A DNA stretch of 64,000 nucleotides from a virus. Its lineage: Duplodnaviria; Caudoviricetes. The stretch spans positions 64,001-128,000 of IMG/VR virus record IMGVR_UViG_3300025723_000017. One strand, given 5' to 3'. Shown here in pieces: positions 46,230 to 54,941 of this stretch (position 1 is its first letter; each line of letters opens with the position of its first letter). The notes beneath the pieces were generated by a model. The model did not search any database and was not told where the DNA came from. It saw only the letters and a list, made by a program, of their open reading frames with translations. Position numbers and translations under genes: made by a program.

Positions 46230-46505
46230 AATGTTGCAAAACCGCAACAATATACAGGTTGACTATTGGCCCAGAATTCAATAGAGTTTAGGGTTGCGGT
46301 GCAGCTACAGATGCAGTTAACTTTTGGTTGACTTTTCAGTCATTTGATGCTAGCAGTGCTGACCGTTGTGAAAAAACGACAGTGACAGGCTTGACTTTTC
46401 GGTCACTTGATGTTAACTACATTTTCGTTGTATTTTCACAACAGTTGTGAAAAAACAACAGTTGCAAAAATACCTCAGTCGACCCACCGTTGTACAGTCA
46501 CAACA
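46230..46505. promoter_or_regulatory. Cluster of GTTG-N8-CAAC palindromes
   Basis: GTTGCAAAACCGCAAC, GTTGTATTTTCACAAC, GTTGTGAAAAAACAAC, GTTGTACAGTCACAAC. Confidence 0.7.
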
Positions 46506-46673
46506 CCGTCGGAGCCGCACAACCCTACAGCATTGACTTTTGGTACAATACCCAGTATAATCTATATACTAAGGCGTCAGGTTCCCGTGACCCTGGAGGG
46601 AAATCTTAACCGCCGGGCCGCTGACCTCACTGAAATTTTAACCTGTTTAAGTTAATTTAAAGGAACTGTAAGT

Positions 46674-46802
46674 ATGAAAACAATACTGGCATTTATACTG
46701 GGCATTGTGGTAGCATCAATAGGCGTACAAGGTACTGTGCATGCAGTTGAAAATATAGTAGTGGCAATACAGACCTTTGCACAGCATTCGGCAAAACTAT
46801 AA
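46674..46802 (+). CDS. Small membrane peptide (42 aa)
   Basis: MKTILAFILGIVVASIGV...; AAGGA RBS; promoter at 46533. Confidence 0.5.
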   Translation: MKTILAFILGIVVASIGVQGTVHAVENIVVAIQTFAQHSAKL

Positions 46803-46946
46803 ACCCCGTACAGATTACTCAACTAGCTTAGAGACTGCGAGGCTGTGTAGGCAAGTAATAACAGTTGATGTAATAGCTTAGACAGCAGTTTATTACAGTG
46901 TAAATTATACAGCAGAGTGTTACAGTGGAAATTATACGGCAGTTGG

Positions 46947-47090
46947 TCTAGAAACGAAATTTCAGGGACGACGTCTAGAAACGAAATTCAGGAAACGACG
47001 TCTAGAAACGAAATTCTAAGGACGAAATCTTAGAACGAAATTCAGGAAACGAAATTCTAAGGACGAAATCTTAGAACGAAATTCTAAGTA
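46947..47090. repeat. Tandem degenerate ACGAAAT[TC] repeats
   Basis: TCTAGAAACGAAATT, AGGACGAAATCTTAGAACGAAATTC repeated. Confidence 0.85.
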
Positions 47091-47383
47091 CGACCCAGTG
47101 TCAACACAGTATAAACTTGAAATAAAGTCATTTCGCTCGAGTGGAAAGTTAAGAAGCTTTTGCTCAGCGTAGACTATTTGACGTAGAGTCTGTAGTGACT
47201 GCGACGACCTGCAGGCCACAGGGTTATAATAGGGGTATTAGGGTCAGTATTAAAGTCAGTATTACAGTCAGTAATAAAGTCATTTCGCTCGAGTGGAAAG
47301 TTAGAATCTACGGTGTATACTGAGTATACAGTGTGATCAAACAGGCGTTACGGAAGGTGACTGTTGACTATACCCACTATTGA

Positions 47384-47447
47384 AGTCGTAACCAGTCGTA
47401 ACCAGTCGTAACCAGTCGTAACCAGTCGTAACCAGTCGTAACCAGTC
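47384..47447. repeat. Perfect 10-bp tandem repeat (AGTCGTAACC)x6
   Basis: Read directly from the sequence. Confidence 0.95.
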
Positions 47448-47663
47448 CTAGTAGTACCGGCGACAGCAGCAATTTCAAACTGAACCTGTTCGGTGACTGA
47501 ATGTTTTGACACTTTTTTACCCCACCCACTGACTCAATAAAGATTACTGAATTAATTTACACACACAGTATTGACTATTTGTATAGAGTCTTTTATACTG
47601 TATTTTTATCACTTTTATCACTTAAATTAATCGAATTACTTAAATTACTTAAAAGGCCGCTGT

Positions 47664-47897
47664 ATGCAATTACACCCACTAGTTAACGCCACTTATAAAG
47701 AAACAATTATTAAGTCTAGTCCTGAATTTCAGTTGGTATTAAAGCAATATTCGGTTCCTGGATCACAGGATCTCTACAGTATTGGTTTAGAGCATCAAAC
47801 ACTGGTCCACAATCAAGTTACTGACACTGCCATTTATAATTTCCTCATGACTTCAGCAGAGCGACAGCGTTTAGCTGACAGTTTAGTTGCGATTTAG
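47664..47897 (+). CDS. Hypothetical protein
   Basis: ORF with promoter-like upstream sequence. Confidence 0.55.
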   Translation: MQLHPLVNATYKETIIKSSPEFQLVLKQYSVPGSQDLYSIGLEHQTLVHNQVTDTAIYNFLMTSAERQRLADSLVAI

Positions 47898-48085
47898 ACG
47901 ATGACACGTTTATTATTAATCACAGCAGTAATCTTAACTCTATGCGTAGTCACTGGAGTCTTTACTACACCCCGTGGCTTGTGTGTTGGCTTCTGTCGTT
48001 AATGTGTAGACATTGACTACTGGGTCGTTTGGCAGTATAATTGTGTTATTAAATTTTGTTATTAATTATCTACAGGAGTAGAACA

Positions 48086-48394
48086 ATGATCACTGCCAGC
48101 ACAGCAAGACAATTACAGGATCAAAATCATCAACAGGTTCAGTATTTTTTAATGTCAAAAGTTGAACCCCTAGTACGTGATGCGGCGATGCAGGGCAAAA
48201 GCTCAGTATTTGTTCGTTTGGGCTCCGTAGCCGCTGATGAGCCCCTGTATCGCATCATTACCGCCTTACATCGTTCCCTACTTGCACAGCTTGAGTTCTT
48301 GGGATATCGCGCTGATATTGTCGTTAACGGTGGTTTTTATATCGACCCTACAGGGTCACGTGTTAGAAATTACGGCATCTCGATCAAATGGTAA
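48086..48394 (+). CDS. Early hypothetical protein (ITA..A family)
   Basis: MITASTARQL...AAMQGK...LGY...ISIKW; promoter at 48014. Confidence 0.65.
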   Translation: MITASTARQLQDQNHQQVQYFLMSKVEPLVRDAAMQGKSSVFVRLGSVAADEPLYRIITALHRSLLAQLEFLGYRADIVVNGGFYIDPTGSRVRNYGISIKW

Positions 48395-48611
48395 AGTTTT
48401 TTAATTTAATCACGAAAGTTGTAGGGACCACTGACTCGATAAGTATAGAGAAACTGGTAAAATGGTCCTCTGGACACAGAAAAATCACTACAGGGTCACT
48501 GAAATGACGGATAAATTATTTTTTGGTTTATGCTTGGGATGGATGGCTTTATTAACAGGCTCGCCTGGTTGGGCGTTTTTAATCTTTATAATAACCTTAA
48601 TGGAAACTTGA

Positions 48612-48835
48612 TGAATTAATTATTTTAATTTAATTAATTATTCAATTAATTTATTATTTTAATTAATTATTTTATTTAATTATTTTATTTAATTATTTAA
48701 TTCAACTCATCACTAGGTAATTTAAATAAAATTCCTAGCGAGAATTTCGGTCGTGTAGTCCCACCCATTGACAATTGTATCAAACTCACTTATAATAGTT
48801 TTAACTTAACTAACTTAACTAACTTAACTAACTGG
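48612..48835. repeat. Extremely AT-rich low-complexity tract plus TAACTTAAC repeats
   Basis: AATTAATTATTTT repeats; TAACTTAAC x3 downstream of a sigma70 promoter. Confidence 0.7.
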
Positions 48836-48845
48836 GAAACAAAAA

Positions 48846-49007
48846 ATGTTTGGCGTAATTTTAGGTGTCGCGCAGTGGTGTGCAGTGCTTCTTGCTGCTT
48901 GGCTTAGATTCGACTGGCTTGACCTTGTGTCGGCAGTTAGCACAATGGTGCTGGCCGCTTTTGTTTTAAAATTTTTGTTAGACCGAGATGAAGAACTAAA
49001 GAAGTAG
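48846..49007 (+). CDS. Small two-TM membrane protein
   Basis: 53 aa hydrophobic ORF after the promoter at 48768. Confidence 0.5.
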   Translation: MFGVILGVAQWCAVLLAAWLRFDWLDLVSAVSTMVLAAFVLKFLLDRDEELKK

Positions 49008-49048
49008 AATCCAATTAAAACTTAGGGCCTTGCCCACGGGAGTATAAA

Positions 49049-49246
49049 ATGAACGACGAACTAATTGAAAAACTCAAAAAACTAGCCAGTACTAAATGTT
49101 TTTATGACGATGAAGACGAAGATGTCACCATCGATGATTACGCAGGCGGAAATGTTGACGATGCCTTTTATACCGGCGAATGTGCAGGTGAAGTCACCTT
49201 GGCGAGAACGGTGTTGACCGCATTGGCGATTGAGTGGACTGTGTGA
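49049..49246 (+). CDS. Acidic hypothetical protein
   Basis: DDYAGGNVDDAF..G...GE. Confidence 0.6.
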   Translation: MNDELIEKLKKLASTKCFYDDEDEDVTIDDYAGGNVDDAFYTGECAGEVTLARTVLTALAIEWTV

Positions 49247-49248
49247 TT

Positions 49249-49506
49249 ATGAACGAACGAATTAAGCAACTTGGTTTGCAGTGCCGAATTGAAAAATACA
49301 ATCAATTTGGTAATTTGATAGAATTTGGGTTCGATGAAGAAAAATTCGCCCAGTTGATTGTAGAGGAATGTATTGCCAAACTATCCGGGCTTGTCATAGT
49401 GACAAACGACGTCGTATTTGAGAAAGACGCTGCATATGAGCAATGGAACTTGGCTCTTGGGCATGCTGAACTTGAGATTAGAGAACATTTTGGAGTTGAA
49501 GAATGA
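49249..49506 (+). CDS. MNERI...HFGVEE family protein
   Basis: KFAQLIVEEC...EHFGVEE. Confidence 0.7.
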   Translation: MNERIKQLGLQCRIEKYNQFGNLIEFGFDEEKFAQLIVEECIAKLSGLVIVTNDVVFEKDAAYEQWNLALGHAELEIREHFGVEE

Positions 49507-49640
49507 ACGAACAAGAATTTACACCCGAACAAACCGATGCTCCTTGCCCAAACTGCGGTTCGGAACACGAAGATTTGTGCTATCATGAGGGGCATGGCCA
49601 ATACTATTGTGAAACCTGTTGGGATAAGGAAACCGAATGA
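49503..49640 (+). CDS. Small zinc-ribbon protein (45 aa)
   Basis: CPNCGS...YYCETCW; ATGA overlaps at both ends. Confidence 0.6.
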   Translation: MNEQEFTPEQTDAPCPNCGSEHEDLCYHEGHGQYYCETCWDKETE

Positions 49641-49915
49641 ACGAACTTATTAAACAACTTGCCGAACAGGCAGAAGAATACGCCGACAGTGTGGTTGATG
49701 AGGGTGGTGATTTTCACCCTGAATATACCCAAAAACTCGCCGAGTTGATCGTCGGGAAATGTCTGGAACAAATCAAGTATATGCTGGTTGACGAAGATGA
49801 ACAATTGTTTGCACACGACGAAACTACTGATTGTGTCAATGAATCATTAATGGATGCACATCACAACATCGCATTAGAATTTGGATTTGGCAAACAATTT
49901 GGAGTTGAAGAATGA
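49637..49915 (+). CDS. MNERI...HFGVEE family protein
   Basis: MNELIKQLAEQA...LAELIV..C...QFGVEE. Confidence 0.7.
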   Translation: MNELIKQLAEQAEEYADSVVDEGGDFHPEYTQKLAELIVGKCLEQIKYMLVDEDEQLFAHDETTDCVNESLMDAHHNIALEFGFGKQFGVEE

Positions 49916-50160
49916 ACAAAGAACGATTTAACAAACTAAAAGATGAAGCATTCCAAACTACCGAATGGGAAGATAGGGATTATGATAAAATTCTCGAAAG
50001 AATAGTTGAGTTAACTGTGAGGGAATGTGACGCACTGTGTCAAAAACATGCTCGTGATCATGCTGAAAAAATGATGGGTATAGGGCACGTTCCAACCGAG
50101 CAAGTAGTTGCAAGAAAAATGGGACTTAAGATTAAAGAACACTTCGGAGTTGAAGAATGA
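49912..50160 (+). CDS. MNERI...HFGVEE family protein
   Basis: ELTVREC...EHFGVEE. Confidence 0.7.
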   Translation: MNKERFNKLKDEAFQTTEWEDRDYDKILERIVELTVRECDALCQKHARDHAEKMMGIGHVPTEQVVARKMGLKIKEHFGVEE

Positions 50161-50366
50161 ACGAACGAATTCAGGAACTAATGAGGCAGGCCACTAATCC
50201 AGACTATGACGGTGATGATGGTCCAGCAAACGAACTCAACATTGAAAAATTCGCCGAGTTGATTGTCAAGGAATCTGTCCAAATGTTTGCTGAGAATGGA
50301 TATGACGAAAGTTGTGATATGCTTATTGAACATTGGGATATTGATCCAAGAACATTTCGGAGTTGA
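50157..50366 (+). CDS. MNERI...HFGVEE family protein
   Basis: KFAELIVKE; GGAGTTGAAGAATGA junction present but out of frame. Confidence 0.65.
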   Translation: MNERIQELMRQATNPDYDGDDGPANELNIEKFAELIVKESVQMFAENGYDESCDMLIEHWDIDPRTFRS

Positions 50367-50369
50367 AGA

Positions 50370-50561
50370 ATGACACGCAGAGCAATTAAATTAGAAGGTA
50401 CTGATGTGATTTTAGAATTATCTAAATTTGCAACACCAAGAGTTCAAACAGAGTTTATTCATTTAGATAAACTGCCTGACGGAACGTGGCGTTTGTTATA
50501 TAATGTTAAAGATACTGATATTAAAGATATCACTGCCTTAACAATTGTGAGAGAAGAATGA
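50370..50561 (+). CDS. Hypothetical protein
   Basis: Operon context. Confidence 0.55.
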   Translation: MTRRAIKLEGTDVILELSKFATPRVQTEFIHLDKLPDGTWRLLYNVKDTDIKDITALTIVREE

Positions 50562-50776
50562 CAATTTTTATACTACGTGAGAAATTTTCCTCAAATTTAT
50601 TGGCCATTCCCTTTAAAAAAATCGACCAAATTGTCTGGGTTGACAACGTCGTCGATTGTGATCTGTCGGGAATCAAAGTAAATGGTATCTGGGTTGAGGG
50701 AGATAGGGATCGATTTATTCATATGATTAAGACAATGGGTTCAATGGAAATATTGGCGTCAAATTTCAAGGTTTAA
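50558..50776 (+). CDS. Hypothetical protein
   Basis: ATGA overlap. Confidence 0.55.
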   Translation: MTIFILREKFSSNLLAIPFKKIDQIVWVDNVVDCDLSGIKVNGIWVEGDRDRFIHMIKTMGSMEILASNFKV

Positions 50777-50793
50777 CTTCAAGGAGCAGCACA

Positions 50794-51126
50794 ATGCAAG
50801 GTTATTTAGGCGAAACACCAATTGATATATCTGATACAGCATATAGTGAATATACTCCCAAGGATTGGGCATTGTTTTATATTAAAAAATATGGAGGTAT
50901 CGACGGCGCACATCATAAAGATTGGGTACTGGACCAAGTTGTACGATTGTTGACGGGTGCGGTGCCCAAATTCTCATTACGCAAATGGGCGAATGGACAG
51001 GAAGAGCTGACTTTTGACGAGTCAGAAATGACAACTCCTGAATATGAAGCATTTGTATTAGAGTACGAAGACCGTGATGAAAATGGTGAAGTACAATATG
51101 AATACAATACGGGAATTGCTCCATGA
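50794..51126 (+). CDS. Conserved hypothetical phage protein
   Basis: GGIDGAHHKDWVLDQVVR...GIAP. Confidence 0.65.
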   Translation: MQGYLGETPIDISDTAYSEYTPKDWALFYIKKYGGIDGAHHKDWVLDQVVRLLTGAVPKFSLRKWANGQEELTFDESEMTTPEYEAFVLEYEDRDENGEVQYEYNTGIAP

Positions 51127-51350
51127 ATAAGAAAATTTCTCATCTCTACAAACTAGCATGGATCATGACAGCGGATGCAGCAGTTAAATCAAGTGCTTCG
51201 ATATCACAGGAAAGCGTCTTGGAACAATTTACCGAGCTAGTGCTTGCTGAATGTGCTGATGCAATTCTTGCGGCGGAAACTCGCATGTGTAGTTATTACG
51301 TGGCCCTGATAGAAACTCGCTTTGGCTATCCACAGGGCCATTTTGAATGA
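51123..51350 (+). CDS. Divergent MNERI family protein
   Basis: EQFTELVLAEC...RFG. Confidence 0.55.
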   Translation: MNKKISHLYKLAWIMTADAAVKSSASISQESVLEQFTELVLAECADAILAAETRMCSYYVALIETRFGYPQGHFE

Positions 51351-51769
51351 GCGAGTGGAGTCACTTACCCAATGCCGCGCATATAGATCGTATTATAGTT
51401 GATTTGGCCCTCAATACTAAAAATTGGGCGGAAGTATGGCCTTCGACATGTAATGAATGCCAACAAGTGGCATCAAAGATCTGGGTGGTCAGGAATGCGT
51501 TCCGGGATGCGGCTTTGTCTGCGCTCAATACTCTAGCTTGGAGTTCGGATGGGAATACTGCTCGGAGTTCTGTTCGGAGTTCAGATAATCAGGCGGCAGT
51601 GGGCGCAGCCAGATATCCGATAACAGCCTTAATTGCTTGGCCAGAATCAGCTGAATATCTATCATTACCTCGGGATCAAGTACAGGTCATGGCGGCATTG
51701 GGCGATCAACGAGCGATATTGATGTTACCGGCAGTTATGGCATTTGCCAAATCACGGGAGTTGGCATGA
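51347..51769 (+). CDS. WSHLPNA family protein, copy 1
   Basis: WSHLPNAAHIDRI...ALIAWPES..YLSLP. Confidence 0.7.
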   Translation: MSEWSHLPNAAHIDRIIVDLALNTKNWAEVWPSTCNECQQVASKIWVVRNAFRDAALSALNTLAWSSDGNTARSSVRSSDNQAAVGAARYPITALIAWPESAEYLSLPRDQVQVMAALGDQRAILMLPAVMAFAKSRELA

Positions 51770-52179
51770 CCACAGCTTGGCATCATCTGCCCAATGCCGC
51801 ACATATAGATCGCATCTTAGCTGATCTAAAACTCAATTTTAATAATTGGTCAGCAGTTTGGCATTCACTGATATCTCGGATTGATGATTTTGATGCAGGA
51901 TTTGATGTGGCTGACGATAAGATTGATGAAATGGGCAATACAAAGGAGTGGGATGCGCTGTGGGATGCAGTTTATGGTGTAGCAGAACAAACGTATTGGT
52001 ATGGAGCTCGTGAGGCGGCTAGGCATTCTATAATGTCCTTAATTGCTTGGCCTGAATCAGGCGATTATCTATCATTACCTGTGGATCAAGTACGGGTCAT
52101 GGCTGAGTTGGGTGACCATCGAGCCCGATTAATGTTGCCAGCAGTTATGGCATTTAACATGTACAGGAAAGATGTATGA
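51766..52179 (+). CDS. WSHLPNA family protein, copy 2
   Basis: Same conserved ends, divergent middle. Confidence 0.7.
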   Translation: MTTAWHHLPNAAHIDRILADLKLNFNNWSAVWHSLISRIDDFDAGFDVADDKIDEMGNTKEWDALWDAVYGVAEQTYWYGAREAARHSIMSLIAWPESGDYLSLPVDQVRVMAELGDHRARLMLPAVMAFNMYRKDV

Positions 52180-52577
52180 CTACAGCTTGGAGTCACTTAC
52201 CCAATTCCGCACATATAGATCGCATCTTAGCTGATATAGAAACCAATTCACATAATTGGCGTAAGCCTTTTGGGACTGAGACTGACGGTGCATCTTATAA
52301 GGTGGCTACCGATTTGCTCTACACGTGGGATAAGTCTAAGCATATAGTTTATAATATTATCAGCAGGGAGGCCCAGACGGTGGCTAGGGCCAATCTGGCG
52401 GCCTGGGATGCGGCCTGGTATGCAGCTTGTTTTGCCATATTGGCCTTGATTGCCTGGCCCGAATCAGGTGATTATCTATCATTACCTCGTGATCAAGTGC
52501 AGGTGTTGTCGGCACTGGGTGATTCCAAGGCCACCTTATTATTACCAGCCATTGGAGTGTTGTCATGTGTCAATTGA
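52176..52577 (+). CDS. WSHLPNA family protein, copy 3
   Basis: Same conserved ends; AAWDAAWYAA. Confidence 0.7.
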   Translation: MTTAWSHLPNSAHIDRILADIETNSHNWRKPFGTETDGASYKVATDLLYTWDKSKHIVYNIISREAQTVARANLAAWDAAWYAACFAILALIAWPESGDYLSLPRDQVQVLSALGDSKATLLLPAIGVLSCVN

Positions 52578-52804
52578 ATCTATTGCTCAATGATCAATTG
52601 GGAGATCTATGGTTTACTCACTCACTCCCCACCTATGATGACCATGGCGGACTGTGTGACTATTGGTATAATTTTCTTACCCAAACAGACTCGGCCGGTG
52701 GCGACCCAGATGATCTACTATGTTGGTCGGCTAGGCTAGTTGATGACACGATATATTTCCACAGCGAATCTGCTAGAACATTATTTTTGCTGAGATTTGC
52801 ATAA
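52565..52804 (+). CDS. FxL[RK]W/F family small protein
   Basis: Ends IYFHSESARTLFLLRFA. Confidence 0.65.
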   Translation: MCQLNLLLNDQLGDLWFTHSLPTYDDHGGLCDYWYNFLTQTDSAGGDPDDLLCWSARLVDDTIYFHSESARTLFLLRFA

Positions 52805-53058
52805 TGCAGCCATGTGTGCAACCTGGACTTCTTCCTGACCCTCAATACCTGTCCGTTTATTCCCACAAACTATACCTATACCAGGGTATCCTTTTTAAGG
52901 CTCATAGTTATACTGAGAATTTTTCCCGGTATCTCAGAACCAATCAATTGAATATAGATAAGGTGTTACGGGAGGATTTTAATGCAATTCAATATTACGG
53001 AGCATTTAGATTTCAGCAGGAGCAGGATCTTACTTTATTTTTATTAAAATTTTCCTAA
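52804..53058 (+). CDS. FxL[RK]W/F family small protein
   Basis: Ends FRFQQEQDLTLFLLKFS. Confidence 0.7.
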   Translation: MQPCVQPGLLPDPQYLSVYSHKLYLYQGILFKAHSYTENFSRYLRTNQLNIDKVLREDFNAIQYYGAFRFQQEQDLTLFLLKFS

Positions 53059-53059
53059 C

Positions 53060-53362
53060 ATGTGGCCAATATACATAGCAGTCCCCACTACATATCCCTA
53101 TCGTTTCGACAGACGAGCCAACTATGCAGAAGATGCGTTATCACGCGAGTTTAATCTACCCGTTCATTTTGTAACAAACGAAGGGATTAAGTTTGGTCAT
53201 CCAGCTACTGATGTGTACCGTGTGGAATTACCCAGTGAGCAGGACCAATTATTTTTCCTACTAAAATATAATTTCGTGCTGTTGGATAATAAGCTGGTAG
53301 ACGACTATATTCAATATGAGTTTAACGAAAACGCCAAGTTCCAACTATTTCATTCATTATAA
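53060..53362 (+). CDS. FxL[RK]W/F family protein with C-terminal extension
   Basis: Internal VELPSEQDQLFFLLKY. Confidence 0.6.
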   Translation: MWPIYIAVPTTYPYRFDRRANYAEDALSREFNLPVHFVTNEGIKFGHPATDVYRVELPSEQDQLFFLLKYNFVLLDNKLVDDYIQYEFNENAKFQLFHSL

Positions 53363-53670
53363 ATGATTGACAATTACAGCATTTGGTTTTATAATTAATT
53401 TTTAATTAAACAATTTAAATTTGAGACGTGACGAATGATCGCCATAATTATGCTTTATATTATTGGATTGCTGGGGTTTTTTACACTATTAATGGTGCCT
53501 TCTGCATATAAAGAACAGGGAATTGCGTCTGCCATTTTACACATAATTGTTGCGATGACGATTTTATCAGTTCCTGTTTTTGTTTTGATACTGTAATAAT
53601 TAATATTTTTGTTTGACAATTAAATCATCCTCATTTATAATTAACTTATATTAAACAAACGGAGTATGTA

Positions 53671-53871
53671 ATGAACGAGCAAATTCTAAAACTTTTAGAG
53701 CAATCGGGACTACAGCCTTATTATCCAGCTCAAGAACAACAAATTGAACAATTTGCTCAGTTGCTGGTTCGGGAATGTCTAACAGTAATCAATCAACCCA
53801 ATGGTGTTGGCGATGATGATGTTATTCGAATCAGTAATGATGTACAACAATATTTCGGAGTTGAAGAATGA
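53671..53871 (+). CDS. MNERI...HFGVEE family protein
   Basis: QFAQLLVREC...YFGVEE. Confidence 0.7.
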   Translation: MNEQILKLLEQSGLQPYYPAQEQQIEQFAQLLVRECLTVINQPNGVGDDDVIRISNDVQQYFGVEE

Positions 53872-54098
53872 ACGAACTTATTCGACAACTGGCTGAACAG
53901 GCTGGAATGATTATTGGTGATACTAGTGAGTTTGATATGGCAAAAATCATGCCGAAGGAACTAAAGTTCGCCCAGTTGATTGTAGAAGAATGTATTGCCA
54001 AAATCTCACAAGAGCAGGACTTAGCTGAACAAAATTGGCTTTGTGATAATGGTGTACACATTTGTCACGAACTAACAAAACATTTCGGAATTGAATGA
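53868..54098 (+). CDS. MNERI...HFGVEE family protein
   Basis: KFAQLIVEEC...HFGIE. Confidence 0.7.
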   Translation: MNELIRQLAEQAGMIIGDTSEFDMAKIMPKELKFAQLIVEECIAKISQEQDLAEQNWLCDNGVHICHELTKHFGIE

Positions 54099-54246
54099 TG
54101 ACACAGATTAGAGTGATTCCGAGATATGTTGATCATCTATGGTATCCTATACTTGTAAAAACCACAACAGGTTATAATCGAATCATAGAAATGCAAGGTC
54201 GTGCTGTGAATGAATGGAACGACAAAATAAGAAATGGGAGAAGATT

Positions 54247-54408
54247 ATGAAAGTCTATATCGGCTATGAATGCTATAACAACTATGCTGACATTTTGAAA
54301 ACTGTAGTAAAGGTGTTTGACGATGAAGTCAAAGCTCTTGTATGGAAAGAAGAATTCGTAGAAACAGAAACAGAGTTTCGTGAATATACTGTGATGACGG
54401 TAGAATAA
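54247..54408 (+). CDS. Hypothetical protein
   Basis: GGGAG RBS before MKVYIG. Confidence 0.5.
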   Translation: MKVYIGYECYNNYADILKTVVKVFDDEVKALVWKEEFVETETEFREYTVMTVE

Positions 54409-54462
54409 AGTTGACAGTTAAAACTTTATCCACTATAATGAATTATGAATAAGGAGATGGCG

Positions 54463-54918
54463 ATGAAGAAAGGCGAAATGTTAGGCAAGATGTTAGTACT
54501 GGTCACCAATGCCCATGCAGGACAGTTTGATCGTGGTGGCTCGCCCTACATCCTCCACCCCCTGAAGGTCATGCACTACCTCAAGAGCGATGATGAAGAG
54601 CTGATGGTGATGGCTCTAGGGCACGATGTTATTGAGGATACTAATGTGACTTACGAGGACCTTCGTCAAGCGGGCATCAGCGAGCGAGCAATCAAAGGCA
54701 TTGCTGCACTGACTAAACTGCCTGGGCAGACTCTAGACGAGTACAAGGAAAGGGTCTTCGCTAACCCAGACGCAATGCGTGTTAAGCTAGCTGATCTACG
54801 TCACAATACAGACATTCGCAGACTCAAGGGTGTTACCGAAAAAGACATTGCACGTATGGCCAAGTATCACACATTCTTCATGGAAATACAGGCTAGACTG
54901 GTCGACAATAAAATCTAG
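54463..54918 (+). CDS. HD-domain (p)ppGpp hydrolase-like protein (small alarmone hydrolase type)
   Basis: AHAGQFDRGGSPYILHP, GHDVIEDT, VKLADLRHN. Confidence 0.8.
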   Translation: MKKGEMLGKMLVLVTNAHAGQFDRGGSPYILHPLKVMHYLKSDDEELMVMALGHDVIEDTNVTYEDLRQAGISERAIKGIAALTKLPGQTLDEYKERVFANPDAMRVKLADLRHNTDIRRLKGVTEKDIARMAKYHTFFMEIQARLVDNKI

Positions 54919-54941
54919 AATGAACGAACGAATTCGGCAAC

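Noticed and set aside
46570-46632. Cobalamin or ZTP riboswitch
   Set aside because: Only short partial matches (GGGAA, CACTG, GTGAC); core elements and appropriate downstream genes are missing.
47384-47447. CRISPR array
   Set aside because: A simple 10-bp tandem repeat with no spacers.
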